NCBI GenBank assembly: GCA_036824145.1
Contig: DAITAT010000003.1
Coordinates: 1-62,628, forward strand
Origin: Candidatus Dormiibacterota bacterium
Lineage (GTDB): Bacteria; Chloroflexota; Dormibacteria; DASZGP01
Reading direction: 5' to 3'
Length of the DNA stretch: 62,628 bases
The notes under the pieces were generated by a model that worked only from the letters and a program-made list of their open reading frames with translations, was not told the DNA's origin and ran no database searches. The translations under genes were made by a program, and so were the position numbers. This document shows positions 61,598 to 62,628 of the stretch, in pieces; positions within the stretch are counted from its first letter, which is position 1; each line of letters starts with the position of its first letter.

Positions 61598-62628
61598 CTG
61601 GGGATCCGGACGCGTGTGCTGGCAGTCTGCATTGGCACGGTTCTGGCGACCCCACTTCTCCAATCGGTTCCCGCATCAGCTGACCAGATCAGCACCCTCC
61701 TCGCCCAGCGTCAGCAGCTGCAGCAACAGGTGTCGGCACTTGGTGGAGACAAGACCCAGGCGCTCCAGGACCTCCTCGTCGCCGAGAATGCGCTGCGCAA
61801 CACCCAGGCGCAGGTAAGCGAGAACGCCGCCATCCTCGTCGATCTGCAGCGGCAGCAGGACACCATTCGCGCCCACATCGTGGCCACCCGCGCCGAGATC
61901 GACACCCAGCGCCATCTGCTCGGTGACCTGACCCGGGGCCAGTACAAACAGCACACCAACAACGACGGGCTATCGGTGATCTTCTCGTCGAGCAACTTCA
62001 GCCAGGCGATCAACGCTGTGATGGCCACCCAGAGCGTGAACCGCAGGATCGCCGACACCGCTCGAAAACTCAAGGCCGATGAGCAAGCCCTGACCTCGAT
62101 GTCCAATGACCTCGCCGCCAAGCAGAAGCAGGCCGCCCAGGTCCAGGCTCAGTTGGAGCAGGAGAACGGCCGGCTGCTGGTCCAGGTGGCTGACCACGAC
62201 AACCGCGTGGCCTCGATCGACGGCACCTCGCAGGCGCTGCTGGCGAAGATCGCAGCGATCAACAAGCAGATCGCGGCATTGCAGGCGCCGCCGGCACCCA
62301 GATTTGGGAGCGGCGCCGGCTCTGGTGGCGGTGGCGGGTCCTGCAGCAATCACTTCGACTACGGCTACTGCACCTGGTACGTCGCCAACCGGCGCTGCAT
62401 CCCCTGGTTTGGCAATGCCTGGGAGTGGTACGGGAACGCCCAGGCCTACGGCTTCCCGGTTGGCAACCAGGCCAGGGTCGGCGCTGTCGCGGTCTGGGAC
62501 CAGCGGATGAGCGGCTGGGGCCACGTGGGCTACGTCGAGAGCGTCCAGCCCGACGGCTTCACGGTCTCCGAGATGAACTACAACGCCTGGGGCCAGGTCA
62601 ACACGCGCTTCGTTCCCTTCGCTAACCC
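61598..62628 (+). CDS. PcsB/CwlO-like secreted coiled-coil + CHAP peptidoglycan hydrolase, 3'-truncated by window edge; absent from ORF track
   Basis: Signal peptide ending ASA, long Gln-rich coiled coil, Gly linker, YGYCTWYV, GNAWEW, GHVGYVE, SEMNY; GGAGGAG five nt before CTG. Confidence 0.92.
   Translation, partial: MGIRTRVLAVCIGTVLATPLLQSVPASADQISTLLAQRQQLQQQVSALGGDKTQALQDLLVAENALRNTQAQVSENAAILVDLQRQQDTIRAHIVATRAEIDTQRHLLGDLTRGQYKQHTNNDGLSVIFSSSNFSQAINAVMATQSVNRRIADTARKLKADEQALTSMSNDLAAKQKQAAQVQAQLEQENGRLLVQVADHDNRVASIDGTSQALLAKIAAINKQIAALQAPPAPRFGSGAGSGGGGGSCSNHFDYGYCTWYVANRRCIPWFGNAWEWYGNAQAYGFPVGNQARVGAVAVWDQRMSGWGHVGYVESVQPDGFTVSEMNYNAWGQVNTRFVPFAN

Noticed and set aside
1-62628. Long antisense or alternate-frame ORFs (e.g. 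52208-54217 minus, 42759-44324 minus, 57541-58977 minus, 2592-3764 minus, 31839-32837 plus)
   Set aside because: Shadow ORFs expected from high GC3 opposite or within well-supported genes; no motifs and no independent expression signals

Overview
A 62.6 kb, high-GC, tightly packed chromosomal core-genome segment. Gene order (dcw cluster with DUF1290/ftsA/ftsZ-nrdR, type-2 IleRS, gmk-coaBC-priA) suggests a monoderm soil lineage such as Ca. Dormibacterota, Chloroflexota or deep Actinomycetota; this is inference only. The left half (1-33 kb) is metabolic/accessory: FAH-family protein, glpD, an unknown surface protein, an FTR1 iron permease with a divergent DtxR-family regulator, a leucine/HMG-CoA catabolic trio, a Upf1-like SF1 helicase with a Zn ribbon, ACT-malic enzyme, an Mre11/Rad50-like pair whose ATPase carries a membrane hairpin, acyl-CoA dehydrogenase, tRNA-Leu(TAG), an R2lox-like oxidase, a DUF4395-thioredoxin-[4Fe-4S] nuclease operon, trpD, a GH1 glycosidase, trmK and RNase HI. 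The right half is rnpB, the dcw cluster (no murE, no murD), nrdR-pgeF-yggS-yggT, ileS, dksA-like, lspA, rluD, gmk, coaBC, a 54-aa membrane ORF, priA and a PcsB-like CHAP hydrolase cut by the window edge. No transposases, integrases, prophage genes or CRISPR arrays were seen. The strongest signals are non-coding. (1) Three helically phased NrdR-box-like sites precede the dcw promoter and two more flank the nrdR promoter, suggesting dNTP sensing is wired to division genes. (2) CTG start codons recur, three of them in CTGA stop/start overlaps (gmk, priA, Fe-S nuclease). (3) A TGAC-N6-GTCA operator is shared by the acyl-CoA dehydrogenase and R2lox promoters. (4) A CymR-like operator precedes the DUF4395 operon. 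(5) A candidate three-way-junction leader RNA precedes the CHAP hydrolase. (6) Leaderless TANNNT-N6-ATG starts are common. All calls are by-eye motif recognition; no database searches or folding programs were run.
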